From contig OX597833.1 in the NCBI GenBank assembly GCA_951406725.2, forward strand, positions 25,172,001-25,236,000: DNA of 64,000 bases. The letters are read 5' to 3'. The notes under the pieces are model-generated. The model was given only the letters and a program-made list of their open reading frames with translations. It did no database searches and was not told the origin of the DNA. A program made the translations under genes and the position numbers. Source of the DNA: Octopus vulgaris. Lineage: Eukaryota. Below, piece after piece: positions 41,081 to 55,739 of the stretch (position 1 is the first letter of the stretch; every line of letters begins with the position of its first letter).

Positions 41081-41178
<98 letters not shown>

Positions 41179-41738
41179 AGAGAGAGAGAGAGAGAGAGAG
41201 TGAAAGTGAGAAGGAAGGCAGGAGAGAGAGTGAGAGGGTGGGGAAAGAAACATGCAGAAGCTATTTGTAAAATTTTATTTCGGGGGTGGATTTGTCTTGT
41301 TCACTTATCACTTCCAACCCGCCCAGAAAAATTATATGCAATGTTTGAGAAAAGCAAATATCTAAGTAACACCCTGAAGGCGAGGGTGAACTATGAGGCC
41401 AATGTTAATTTTTTTCCTTGTAATAATAAAGATGGTATTCTACAAAATTTTAATGACTGGTTCTTCAAAATAATGCTGTAGTTTTTAAATATAATTTACA
41501 TAACATATACATTAATACACACTCACACGCACTCAATCCCCCCCCACACACATTCGTTAATATCGAACAAGTAAATGGGTGATCACAGCGCATTGGTTGA
41601 CAAACATTCTTTATTTATGGGCAAAGGCTTCCATTGGTTTCATGTTAAGAGACAAATCCCTTAACAATTATCTAACTAGCCACTTGGAACATCGACGTTC
41701 CTCTCCATTTTGAATTAAAACACACACATACATACATG

Positions 41739-41772
<34 letters not shown>

Positions 41773-41780
41773 CACACATA

Positions 41781-41816
<36 letters not shown>

Positions 41817-42612
41817 AATGTATATATGAAAGAATTTGATAATGCACTTTAAGAAGTTGTTTCAAAATTTCAAGGTTCCCAGGATTTTCAAAAATAATGT
41901 GATATAGATAGACAAGTAGCTATGCAATATTTTGCAGAATAGCAAAGGTATATCTCACTCTAATTTTGAAAATCATGAATTTGTGAAACAAGTAAGTAAA
42001 CAATATATACTCATATGAGCGTGTGTGTATGTGCACGTGAGTCTATGTACGTACGTTGTTGCATGTGCCTCAGTGATGTATGTATATTCGGCAATGTGAT
42101 TATATGACTGCGCGTGTGTATGTTATAAAGAACATAATTAAAGAAAATCAACCATAAAATATACATAAATTATAATTACTCATAACAACACGAAAGTAAA
42201 CAATAATTAAAAAAATAACTTCAATAAAGTTAACAACACAATATAAATAAGTTAATAAGGCAGCAATAAGCGTAATTGCAGGGAACGAAAAAAAAAATGA
42301 AACTTATTTCATTATTCCAATCCGATAATCACCCGTTTCTTTCATTTCGCATTAAATAAACTTATTATTCAATAATTGCTATTATTTTATTATTGTTATC
42401 GTGGTTGTTATAATTGTTGTTGGTGTTGTTTTTTTTCTAATTCCATCTATTTTAATCTTCTGTATTTCGTTACGTTTTATAACTTGTATTATTTTTACTG
42501 ATTGCTTTCTAAGTCCAAATTGATCAATATTGAACAGATCTCTTGCTATTGTGTTTTGTGTTGGAAAACGAAAATCAAAATATATACACACATATGTATA
42601 TGTATGTATGCA

Positions 42613-42671
<59 letters not shown>

Positions 42672-42706
42672 GTATGTAGGTATGTATATAGGTATATATA
42701 TGTATA

Positions 42707-42760
<54 letters not shown>

Positions 42761-43104
42761 CATCCACCAATTGATACACTGACAGGTACTCACACATACA
42801 TACACACATGCATACATACATACGTACATAACTTATATATCAATCTATTTATCTATATCTATCTATCCATCCATCGATCTTTCTATCTATCAATACCCGT
42901 TCATACGTATATACAAGAAAGCAACAAACATTTATAAGTATGCACATACACACACAATATAGATATACTACTTGTGTGTAAATAATGATTTGCATATATC
43001 TATTTCTACGCAATTAAACATATTTGTTTGCATATGGATATGTATACATATTTTTACGTATATGTCTATATATTCTTATGTACACACACACACACACACA
43101 CACA

Positions 43105-43478
<374 letters not shown>

Positions 43479-43654
43479 AGTAGTTTTATTTTTATAGCGT
43501 GCTTTCACTTCACTACCGAGGTTGATTTTGCCTTTCAACTTTTCGGAGTTGATAAAATAAGTACCAGTTGTGCAATGGGGTCGATGTAAACTACTTTCCT
43601 CTTCCCCACCAAAATTCCAGGTATTGTGCATATAATACAAATTATCATAATTAT

Positions 43655-44120
43655 TATTGAGAGAGCAGTGTATGCCATCAAAGTGACACTGGGTTAAAAT
43701 ATACAAAACTCAGTATACCCATCATGACTATTCGTCTGATAAGGGTACACCAGGTATATTCATCACAAAGATATGTACGCCACATTGTGATTTCATATCA
43801 AGATAAACAGCGCCTGACTTTGCAGGTGGAACCCAGTTAGAATTTTCTTCAGGTCAAGTAGCCATCCCGCTCAGAACGTCCCTGAATAAGGGTTGTTTAA
43901 GGATGTTGAACGAAATACCCATGTTTCCAAAGGTGAATTATCCAAATCCAAAAGAATTTATTCTTCTCAACACATGGCTATGATTCTCCCCCACTACTTC
44001 TGCTCATGATCAGAGATGCACATATTGTTAACCACTAAGGGACATTGTCAACTGGTTGAGGTCAAACAAATTTGTGGTCTTGAGCAGAATATTTGCTGTA
44101 ATCCATCTTTTATACCAAGA
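43655..44120 (-). mobile_element. repeat family C
   Basis: Similar to 6620-7165. Confidence 0.8.
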
Positions 44121-44165
<45 letters not shown>

Positions 44166-45519
44166 TACTACTACTACCGTCATTTGGTAAATATTTGAAA
44201 TTTTCAGCTCATAATGTTTCCTAGCCTTTAACGATGTCCCTGCAAAATGCTAGTTTACATTACTGCTTTATCAAAATTGCTAATTCGTCAGTTCATGTAT
44301 CGATTAAATGTTTGGACTTCGCAAATATATCACAACCTCTATAAATACAGTTTTGTCTCGTGTTATTGGAATTAGCAATAATATTTATTACTATTATTGT
44401 AATCGGCATCTCTAATAAGAAATTTACATTAAAACATTCGTGAAAAATATTGAGCCACAATAAGAATAATAAAACGCCTGCAATTGAAAGCCTTCTGAAA
44501 CCATAGACAGCTATAGTAATAAAGAAACGAAGGCAACTACGTTTGAATACCGGAAATGTTGTACACAGATAAAAGACGTAGACGTCTTTGTAGAATGTAA
44601 AACTTACTATTCACAAATAACAAAAACTACGATGCAAAACAGTCTGAGTGCAGGAGTTAATGCCATAATTCATTCAGAAAACATTTACGTATGCTGATAA
44701 GACAAGATACGAAGTAGAGGTGAACAAAAAGAACTCACAACAACCTTCTGCATACGAAATAATAAAATTCTACGAACATATCAACGTAGGAAAACAATCT
44801 CTGGCAAAAGGATACATACCATGACAAAACATAGCTCATCGACAAAATAATCAAAGCTACGAAATACTTCAAAACTTAAACCGAACGCTATGCTATAAAC
44901 AAGCATTGCAAAGGATCGATACGAGATATATACCCGTAATATTATAACAATAACAAATCAATATTATGAAGATCTATAAAATCCTACCTGAATATAAAAT
45001 AAGAAATTACTTTTGTCCAGCCAGTTTATTTTAAAGTTAGTTTTAATCGCTGCCTTCGCAAATTTATAATTCGTATAAGACTAGGTGACATTACATATAA
45101 TCAAGGTGCTTATTTACAGCAGTTTGGCTGACATTTAGTTGTATTATTGTTACATTACAGTTGCAGGATCGCACATTATATTCATATATAAAACATATTC
45201 CTATGAAAAATGGTGGGTGACGGCTAGGCTTGTAAACAGATACTTAACAATAGCGTTGAAGAGCAAATCTTCAGGAGTACTTCAAATTATAAAGTACCAA
45301 AGAAAAGTAGCAAAAAAATCGGTAACAGATAAAGAACTAGAAAAAATATAATGGCACAAAAATTTCAACGAGCCGATTTGTGGTAAGAAGGGTACTTCTC
45401 AACTACATGTTTCGGGTTTCAGTTCCACTGCGTGGCACCTAGGGCAAACGTTTTCTATTATAACCTCGGGCAGACCAACGCCTTGCGAGTGGATTTATTG
45501 ACGGAGTCTGAAGAAGCCG

Positions 45520-45638
<119 letters not shown>

Positions 45639-45729
45639 TACACATATATACATATATATATATTTATATTTTTAGATATATACATATACACACACATATA
45701 CATACATACACACACACACACACATATAT

Positions 45730-47280
45730 ATCTTCTTCACTCGTTTACTACTATTCTTATTTTATTTTAACTCATGACCATTGTCCGGAAATCTTTCGTC
45801 GCACATCTATGACCACTTAACGACACTTTTCATTTTCGTGTGTTCTTACTCCACTTACTCCATTCTGAGACTGACATGCAACAATGATTACTTAGATAAA
45901 CATGACCTCAGTTGTTTCTGTCCCACTAGATCGATAAGAGGTAGACCCCCCCACCCACTAAATCTTCCATGGCTAAGAAAATAGAACGAGTGGACCAGAG
46001 CTATACGCACCTCAGAAAATAATGATCAAGTTAAAAATATGGTCGCACATGCGGTGGGTGCGAGTACCAAGACCACACTCAAGGACCATATATTTAATTT
46101 CAATAATAAGATATACGCCCAAGGAGAAGGTGCAGCCGTAGGTGTCAGTATTGCTGACAATGTGGCTAACCTATTTATGGTATGGTGGGATAGGAGACTT
46201 AAAGAGAAATTAGCAGAGAACTCCATAAACCTAACCGTGTACTCTCGCTATGTGGATGATATCAACATAGTATCTAGAGCAACCCTACAAGACAATGTTG
46301 ATGATGTAGAAGCCTACACTATGGAGAGCATCCATCAAATATCTATCTCCATCCATCAGAATATAGAAATAAAGATAGACTATCCTAGTAAGCACCCAAG
46401 CTATACATTATCCATTTTAGACACTGAACTCTAGCAAGAATCGAAGAACGGTAAGGTCCAGATCCTTCACTCTCATTATGCCAAAACCATGGCATAAAAT
46501 ACATTGTTCACAAGAGCACAGCGATTGGACAACGCAAGTTCAACATTCTGATAGCTGACTTGGTGAGAGTGACAAGGAATTTGTTTCGTATGTGAGACAC
46601 AATGGAATTGGAAAGATACATACAAAACTTCATCCATCGCATGCAGTTCCCCGGCTACAACATAATTAGAGTGTACAAAGGAGCCACGACTATGTACAAC
46701 GCCATCATAGAGAGTGATGCTAAGGGGATCTGCACGCTATACAGGAGTAAATCCTAGAACAGAACGGAAAAGACCAGTAATAAGATAAATAAGCTCAACA
46801 CTTTGTATGACAACATTACATGCCAGAGTGTCATGTTCGTTGATGGTAGGCCTGGTGGTGAACTAGCACACCTTTTGGGGTGAGAGGATAGGGCTTAGGG
46901 GAAGGCCACTCTGCTGCTAAAACTGACACGCTGCTAAAACCTATGACACACACACAAGCATACACACACATACACACATTTGTACACACATATGTACACA
47001 CAAACACAAGGAAATAACTGCATGCGCACTTAGAAGAACACGCATGAAGTGGAGCAAGAACAGGCATGAAAACGGAAAGTGTCGCTGAAGGGGTCACAGA
47101 TGTGTGACGAAAGGTTTCCGGGCAATGGACATAATTAAAATAACAAAATAAGAATAGTTATAAACGAGTGAAGAAAAATATCTAGTGCGTGTATTTATTT
47201 GGCAAAAGAAAAAGGACCGTCCCGAAATACAACAGTTTCTGTTTTAACAAACGATTTCTCATGAGGAATCTTCAAAACAC
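45730..47280 (+). mobile_element. 5'-truncated Penelope-like element with inverted 5' pLTR
   Basis: RT motifs YAQGEGAAVG..ANLFM..YSRYVDDI (46039-46434); 45731-45857 is the reverse complement of 47047-47178. Confidence 0.85.
47080..47124 (+). ncRNA. degenerate hammerhead in pLTR (inverted copy at about 45782-45826)
   Basis: TGTCG CTGAAGG G GTCACA GATG TGTGAC GAAA GGTT TC^ CGGGCA. Confidence 0.6.
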
Positions 47281-47769
47281 ACGCACTCACACACATATAA
47301 ATATAAATATACATATAAATATAATTATAAATATAAATATATATATATATCTCTATATATAAAACTGAAATGCGTTTTTACCGCTTGGTTCGCTTTCAAT
47401 GCCACTACATCCCGTCCGATTCGCTCCAAAATTTACAGGGACATGTAGAATGAGGTGACGATGCGCGTGGGCTACCTTAGAAATCGCTATCTTAAAAGCT
47501 GTGGTTTCTAGAGGCCATCTTCCTACCTCACCCTATTTCCTCCAGTACTCTGTCACTCCTCTTCATTTATAACTTTCAGAAGTCCACTACGGTTATTTAA
47601 AGTATCTGTCACTATCGCTATTTCCTTTCTTTTTCACTGACTCTGTTTCCTACCTTCCTATCACTTCGGCGACGTTCTTTTAAGTATATGTCTGTCACCA
47701 ACAATCAACACACGAGCATGAGAACAAATATTATGAATCAGATATTCTTGCGTTCATTTATATGTGTGT

Positions 47770-48110
47770 GTGTGTGTGTGTGTGTTCTATATATATATAT
47801 ATATATATATATTGTATATATAATGTATGTGTGTGTGTGTTCTATATATAAATATGTATATATAATGTATGTGTGTGTGTGTGTGTTCTATATATAAATA
47901 TGTATATTGTATATATAATGTATGTGTGTGTGTGTGTTATGTATCTATATATAAATATGTATATATAATGTATGTGCGTGTGTGTGTTCTATATATAAAT
48001 ATGTATATATAATGTATGTGTGTGTGTGTGTGTCTATATATAAATATGTATATATAATGTATGTGTGTGTGTGTGTTCTATATATAAATATGTATATATA
48101 ATGTATATAT
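47770..48110. repeat. about 40-bp TA/TG-derived minisatellite
   Basis: Repeated gttctatatataaatatgtatatataatgtatgtgtgtgt. Confidence 0.85.
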
Positions 48111-48255
48111 ACAAAGTGTATATATCTGTATTTATGTATATTAAACTTTTTCATACTTTTTCATAGTTATATATATTTTTAAACAAATTATAAATATAAT
48201 TTCATAATTTTTATTTTCAATTTAAATAATTTAAAGTTTTCAATTTTATATTTTA

Positions 48256-49272
48256 CTAGCAGTATCGCCCGGCGTTGCTCGGGTTTGTAAGGGAAATAAC
48301 TATATAAGCATTTTTAGTGAGTTATAGCAAAAAAAATAGCAAAAATGGCATTAAAGATGGAATAAAAAATGATAGTAATTTCTTTTTTAAATCGTTGACT
48401 CATCGTAGACATTTTTACAGAGTTACTTCCCTTATATAATAGCGAAAAATGCATTAAAATGGAATAAAAAAATGATGGTAATTTTTTTTTAATCGTTGAC
48501 TCATCGTAGACATTTTTAGAGAGTTACTTCCCTTATATAATAGCGAAAAATGCATTAAAATGGAATAAAAAATTATGGTAAATTTTTTTTTAAATCGTAG
48601 ACTCATCGTAGACGCGCGCTAATACCCAGAAGGGCTCGATATGAATCACGACTATAAGATACTCGGTTTTGGTTACACTGCACCGCAAAATGTGGGAGTA
48701 GTTAGGAATCTAAATCGTAGGAGACAGACACACAACCTTACTTTTATATATAAAGATTTGTGCAACAACTAAAACATTCGGTTGTGCAAATTGTTTGCTC
48801 AGGAAACCTGCCCTGTGTGGCGGTTTTTGCCGTTTTTGTGGATCTGTTTCAGCTTTTTTAGCGATCTCTGTTTTGGCGACTTCAAGCCATGAAGTCGTTG
48901 TTCTAAAAGAACGCTGGTCTCCTTCACAACGCATTACGACGTTGATTTCCTTACACTCCCTTCCCCACAGCTTCACGAGGGAGGGAAGAAGGGGAAGAAG
49001 CAACACAGATGCAGGCGTGAGCGTGGACGCCAACTCCGCCGCCATCGACACACGAAAAAATATGCATTAAAATGGAATAAAAAATGATGTTAAATTATTT
49101 TTAAAATCGTACACTCATAGTAGACGCGCGCTAATACCCAGACGGGCTCGATATGAATCACGACTATAAGATACCCGAATTTGGTTAAACTGCACCGCAA
49201 AATTTGGGAGTAGTTAGGAATCTAAATCGAAGGGGACAGACATTCACACAAATACAGTTTTATATATATAGA
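48256..49272 (-). mobile_element. non-autonomous Helitron with two 5' ends
   Basis: Minus 3' end CCCGAGCAACGCCGGG..CTAG|t; TC-TATATA-type 5' ends at about 48756 and 49272; internal subrepeats of about 110 bp. Confidence 0.8.
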
Positions 49273-49410
49273 TATATTTTCTATGTTATATTTTCTTTTT
49301 TTATGTTTTTGTTTTTGGTTTTTCACTGATTTGCCTATTAGTGGTTTTATCTCTAATTTAATTTATACAGATATATATCTCATTTGTATACATTTGTATA
49401 TATAATGCGT

Positions 49411-49455
<45 letters not shown>

Positions 49456-50279
49456 CACATATATATATGTGTGCATTACGTAGTCGGTCGATTCACCTGA
49501 AAATATGCACACCTATGTTAAAGGTGCTGAAAAGTTTGCATCACAACTATTTTGTTCCTCAAATGAAAGGCGTCACCTCTAGGACAAAATTCCTCATCTT
49601 ATAAAATGTGGCCCCAGTACACCCGAATGAAATCGGGTTATATTAACCAAAATGTGAAAAGGGGTCTAAATGGGGCTGGAAGGGGATTAAAATTTCAAAG
49701 AGCGGGTGTTTAGGAATTCTCTGTTGCATCAAGCTAAAAAATTTGCGCCAGCCTTTTAATCGTCAATGTGTTGCCGTCCATGATAAAGAAGTTTTGAATG
49801 CTTGCCATGGTGAGTCTACTGTCGTGAGAAAGAATCACTTCAAAAATTGGTGTTTACGAATTTTCTCTTACATCAAGTTCAAAATTTTACGCCAGCCGTT
49901 AAACTGTCACTACGTTGCTGTCCATCGTTAACAAATGCCAGCCATGGTGACTCTACTATCCTCAGATTCTATCCCTTCAAACTTTGGTTTCCAATATTTT
50001 ATTATTTTTATTCAGCTCGCAAGTTCGTCTGTCCCTTTTGAATGTTAGCCTTTTGCTGTCTGCCTTGAAGCAGACCTTTCCATTGCCACTGCCTCATATT
50101 TCTGATTGATCTTTCTAAATATTTTATTTCTCAACTTACTCAAGATCTTCTGTTGTTTATAAATGGGAGAGAGATAGATAAAGATAGAGAGTAAGAGAAA
50201 GCGAGGGAGAGTCAGAGAGAAAAGAAAAGTAAGAGAGTGGGAAAGTGAGAGAGAAAGGAGAGAGAAACAAATACGGAGA

Positions 50280-50590
50280 ATCATCATCATCATCATCGTT
50301 TAACGTCCGTTTTCCGTGCTAGCACGGGTTGGGCAGTGTGACCGGGTCTCGGAAGCCAGGAGGCTGCACCAGGCTCCAATCTGATCTGGCAGTGTTTCTA
50401 CAGGTGGATGACCTTCCTAACGCCAACCACACTGTGAGTGTAGTGAGTGCTTTTTTCGTGCCGACGGCACTGGTGCCAGGGGGGCTCGCTGTGGCAACGA
50501 TCGGTTGGTGCTTTTTACGTGCCACCAGCACAGAAGCAAGTCAAGGCGGTGCTGCAATCGGCCACGTTCGGATGGTGCTTTTTACGTGCT
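50280..50590 (-). mobile_element. retroposon with (GAT)n tail (RTE-type 3' end)
   Basis: Minus strand ends aacccgtgctagcacggaaaacggacgttaaacgatgatgatg. Confidence 0.65.
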
Positions 50591-50656
50591 GAAAGGAAGC
50601 AACAGAAAGTAACACTCACACTCTTACCCGCGCGTAGAGCGGGTCACCTTCAGCTA

Positions 50657-50708
<52 letters not shown>

Positions 50709-50929
50709 ATATACATATATACGCGTGTGTGTGTGTGTGTGTCTATGAGTCTGTGTTTTCCCCCACCATTACCTCTTGACAGCCCATGTTGGTGTGTTTA
50801 TGTCTGCGTAACCTACCGATTCTGAAAAAGTAACCGACAGAATAAGTAATAAGCTATGAAAATCAAATGCTGGACACAGTAAAATGACTGAAACAAGTAA
50901 AAGACTAAAAGGATGAAAGAATATACGTA

Positions 50930-51085
50930 TATGTGGTTGTGTGGTAAGTAGCTTGCTTACCAACCATATGGTTCCGGGTTCATTCCCACTGCGTGGCACT
51001 TTGGGCAAGTGTTTTCTACTATAGACTCCGGCCGACCAAATCCTTGTGAGTGGATTTGGTAGACGGAAACCGAAAGAAGTCCGTC

Positions 51086-51090
<5 letters not shown>
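50930..51090 (+). mobile_element. SINE family A 5' half (a 3' half precedes it at 50730-50915)
   Basis: Family A consensus. Confidence 0.85.
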
Positions 51091-51159
<69 letters not shown>

Positions 51160-51740
51160 TCCTCGTATTATTTCCTCGTATACATGAAACAGCTGTCACT
51201 GGCATAGAATTGAAAAGTGCAACTAATAATTCGATGTAGGAGGCGGAAATACTTATATGAATTCCTCGTCATTTTATCAGTTTTTGTCACTTGAAGTCTT
51301 GTCACATTTTCATCTGCGCTCACGAGTACCGACATGACCAACTACTAGGTTGATGCAACTAGAAATGAATAATAGCAAACTCAGCAGGAAACAATTGGTC
51401 TCGAATTCACAACATTCTCTTTTTAAAAGAAATTAATCATCCAGCAATGCGATGACTATAATTCACTTTTGAATCCCTCACACAAATAATTAGCACACAT
51501 ATATTCAGGCATTTATCTTTATGTGTATATAGAGATATGGAAATATGTGTATGTATATATATATATAAATAATAATAAATATTAGGGAATAAATCCAAAT
51601 TTACAGGGAAAAATCAGATTTAGGATTGAATCCAATTTTATAGTAAAATATTATATAATACTAAATAGAGACAAAACCACTATTTTGTCTCTAATTAATA
51701 TTATATATATATATATAATTTGAAACTGACTTATTGAAGT

Positions 51741-51783
51741 CCACCTGAAGATTGTCGATCAAGACAAGAAACGATTGTAGTGG
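51741..51783 (+). ncRNA. canonical-core type I hammerhead ribozyme in a pLTR-like fold-back element (about 51570-51878)
   Basis: CCAC CTGAAGA TTGTC GATCAA GACAA GAAA CGATTG TA^ GTGG; agagacaaaaccactattttg (51667) inverted versus caaaatagtggttttgtctct (51846). Confidence 0.85.
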
Positions 51784-51870
51784 CGGTTTTTTTGACTATT
51801 TATTAAAATTTTATGTATTGATTAAGTCTTTCCTTGTTTGTTTTGCAAAATAGTGGTTTTGTCTCTAATA

Positions 51871-51907
<37 letters not shown>

Positions 51908-51940
51908 AATCATTCCCAAACATATATGCATGAGTGTATA

Positions 51941-52000
<60 letters not shown>

Positions 52001-52085
52001 CATTCATACACATGTATACATCTGTGTAAACATATATATATAAGTATTCATACACATATGTACATGCGTGAATATATGTAATACA

Positions 52086-52135
<50 letters not shown>

Positions 52136-52218
52136 CATTCATACACATGTATACATCTGTGTAAACATATATATATAAGTATTCATACACATATGTACAT
52201 GCGTGAATATATAATACA

Positions 52219-52256
<38 letters not shown>

Positions 52257-52259
52257 TAG

Positions 52260-52446
52260 TCTTTTACTTATGTTACCCATTTGACTGCGACCATGTAGGA
52301 GCACCAGCTTTTAGTTGAACAAAAATAATCTCAGGACTTATTCTTTGTAAGCCTAGTACTTAGACTATCGGTCCTTTGTGCCGAACCGCTAAATACACTG
52401 ACATCGGTTGTCAAGCGATTTTGTGAGGGACAAACACAGACACACA

Positions 52447-52517
<71 letters not shown>

Positions 52518-52660
52518 CACGGACTTCCTTTAGTTTCTGTTTATCACAAGGCTTTCGTCGGCCCGAGGCTATAGCAGAAAACACTTGCCCAAGGTGCCAA
52601 GCAGTGGGACTGAGTCCGAAACTATGTGGTTCTTATCACACCGTCACACTTGCGCCTATG
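52260..52660 (-). mobile_element. SINE family A
   Basis: Reverse complement of family A. Confidence 0.85.
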
Positions 52661-54736
52661 TATATACATAATATATAATAGTTCGTCAGAGTTCATGAAA
52701 TTATTTTGAAATGTTTAATTCGTGCATACATTGACCTCGCGGAAACGATTTATTTTCGTATGGGGCAATAATTCTATTCCTCAATAAAAAGGAAAACACA
52801 TTTGAAACAGTTGTAAGTGAACCACTATCCATATTTTATTCATCTTACACGGAATTTGCAATTAGCTTTGACCTGGCATCTATTGAGTGCCGTATAATTG
52901 GTACATTGGTTGTACCTACGTATTGCTTTGAATCTCGTGGTATATACCGTAGGACATTTGTGACTGAACACGCAACCGGAATATAAACTTCTGTTTAAAT
53001 CGGTATGTACTTATATGTTCCTCTAATTTCGTGTTGTACGCTATTTCACTGACCCGAACTTGGTGCTTTACTATTTAAGAAACTGATTCATTTGAATCCT
53101 GAACGTTTATACATACATACATACATACATACATACATACATACATACATACATACATACATACATGCATACATACATACCTACATACATATATACATAC
53201 ATACATACATACATACATACATGCATACATACATAAATACATACATACATACATACATACATATATCTTCGATTCAATAACATGATTTTGAGTTCAAAAA
53301 AAATATTCAACAGCTCAACATAAGTGCATTCTTTTGCATGGTGGTAAAGATTTACAAATACCAATTCATTCGTTTTTGTTGTATATCGTGTGGGTCATTA
53401 GGCCAGTAATAAATGCACGCACTGGCTCAGGTTATATTCTTCATTAATTGTCAGTTCGTTCATGATTTGAAATTGAACAGTTGCGAATGTTTATATTTGG
53501 CAAAAGGACTCTCCTGAGATATAACACAATCCATTTCAACATTAGCATTCACATAAGGAATCTTGCAAAAACGAAAAAATACACTCCGTAGAAGACTCAT
53601 CATGAATGTTTTTACAAGTGCACGACCGCATGAAATGTAATATCTGTATATTTTAGCAAATAAACACTCGAAGTATTTTTCCAGTGGAAGATCTGAACTT
53701 GGAGCACAAACTGTAGAGGATACTGAAGTCAACAATGCCGGTGAAATATTTATAATCAACCGAAATGTCTCTATTGACTCGTTCTACCGACAGAGATCTG
53801 CAGTTTAATTACAGGATATATAAAAATTTATAAAGCAACCGCGCGTAAGATTATTTTACAATTTTCCTACATGTGGTTGCTTCAATACATGACATGCGTA
53901 CATATACACACATACGTAAATACATACATACATACATACATACATACATACATACATACATACATACATACATACATACATACATACATACATACATACA
54001 TACATACATACATACATACATACATACATACATACATACATACATACATACATACAGATAGACAGACAGACATGCATATTGCTAGAATTCGCCAGCATCG
54101 CCATCCCATTATACGCCACACAACATCTCATGTATTATCGACTTATCCGCATGAAACTAGTCAAATCACTTGTCAAATCCAATCAATCACGAGTCACTAC
54201 TCCAAAAATACATTGTTTTAGCAAATATTTCTCGACTAAGGTGATCTACGTGACACCCCTAGCGCCTGACGCATCGAAAAGCAAGATTCCGTCTCTGCTT
54301 TGAAAGACCCAGTTTCGATAAAATGATATGCCACCTCACACATCATATTCAGTAGTGATATGCGTATTTTTTGTAACATTATTATCGATCATCGATTATT
54401 GATAAGCATATGTGCTAAGTGTGTTTGTGTGTGCCAACTCCTTCCGCAGTTAATTTACCTTTCCTGAATATTTGATCAAACTCACAAGCAGCAGATGCAA
54501 GAGATTGCTAGAAACGCCATACATACAGACATACACACATACACAAACACACACATGCACACACGCGCACACAGACACACACACATGTGTGTGTGTGTAT
54601 ATATATATATAGATATAGCTAGATAGATACATATCTATATGTGTATACATATCTATATGTGTATATATATATATGTGATATATATATTATAATTATGTAT
54701 ATATATACATAGGTAATGATATAAATAATATATATG

Positions 54737-54798
<62 letters not shown>

Positions 54799-54845
54799 TA
54801 TATATACATATACATACACACACACACACACACATATATATATAT

Positions 54846-55437
54846 TATAATAAAGGATAAAAATCATTAATGATTTACGCGGAAATAAAAACCTCATAGG
54901 TAAGTTTTATAAAATAATTTATAATTATATACACAATAAAAGGGATTGGCTATACGCCTCACCACGCACTGCAAAAATAGACGCCAAGAGACACTATTAC
55001 CACTATAAAATCTCCAAGAATAACACACTATGTTGTAGGCAAGCAAAAGAAAGTTAATGGATCAAACTTATGGTCAACCGTGTACAAGATCCTGTTTCAA
55101 GCTTAAAGTGAAAATATCACTTACTGCTATCATCAGCAGCAGTATTCCATAGCATAAATTACGAGTATCTCAAACTATGGATGCGAGCCGCGACGTCGCA
55201 TAACCAATATCCATCCGCACTCGTAGAAATATACTGCAAAGTAGTATTCATATCTTTCTTTTATAGCCACGTGTAGTGTCGAGAAATAGTCTGCAGTCAA
55301 TACAGCTTCGATCATTGAGTAAATTTTTCAAGTATTAATTATAATAAAGCTTAAAAATCACTAATGATTTTTACGCTTTATTATAATTAATACTTGAAAA
55401 ATTTACTCCATGACCGAAACTGTATTAACTGCAGACG
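54846..55437 (-). mobile_element. HHR-containing monomer (about 495 nt) with terminal direct repeat and fold-back
   Basis: tataataaagNNtaaaaatcaYtaatgattt at 54847 and 55340; hairpin 55291-55434; flanked by (TA)n. Confidence 0.75.
55078..55142 (-). ncRNA. type I hammerhead ribozyme
   Basis: CTGCTG CTGATGA TAGC..AAGTGA TATTT TCACTT..GCTT GAAA CAGGATCTTG TA^ CACGG. Confidence 0.75.
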
Positions 55438-55444
55438 ATATATA

Positions 55445-55499
<55 letters not shown>

Positions 55500-55500
<1 letters not shown>

Positions 55501-55660
55501 GGGGTAGAATTCACAAAAATAGAACAAAAGACAAAGACAGATGGTGTAGACAACAAACAGATGTATTAGTATAATCCTAATATTAAAGTCGTTAATATTT
55601 CGAGCCTACTCTCTTCCACAGAAAGGACCCCCTCCCCCCAAAAAAAACAAGGAGAGAAAA
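55500..55660 (-). mobile_element. pLTR-like repeat with degenerate minimal hammerhead
   Basis: Minus CTTT CTGTGGA A GAG AGTAGG CTC GAAA TATTAACGAC. Confidence 0.4.
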
Positions 55661-55739
55661 TGAAGAGAGAAAATGAAGAATATATGCAGGAGGATCGGCT
55701 AGAAAGTTCATCGGCTGACTATATGAGGTGTATTCTTCA

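Larger units (their letters stand above)
47350..50657 (+). mobile_element. non-autonomous Helitron carrying nested insertions
   Basis: 5' a|TCTCTATATATAAAACTG; 3' hairpin acccgc gcgtaga gcgggt then CTAG|t at 50654-50657; linkage of the two ends is inferred. Confidence 0.6.

Noticed and set aside
51328-51358. Possible extra minus-strand exon after tattcatttctAG
   Set aside because: Would shift phase relative to the four-exon chain; donor ambiguous
51998-52225. Tandem duplication of about 135 bp
   Set aside because: Low-complexity TA/CA-derived slippage product with no structure of note
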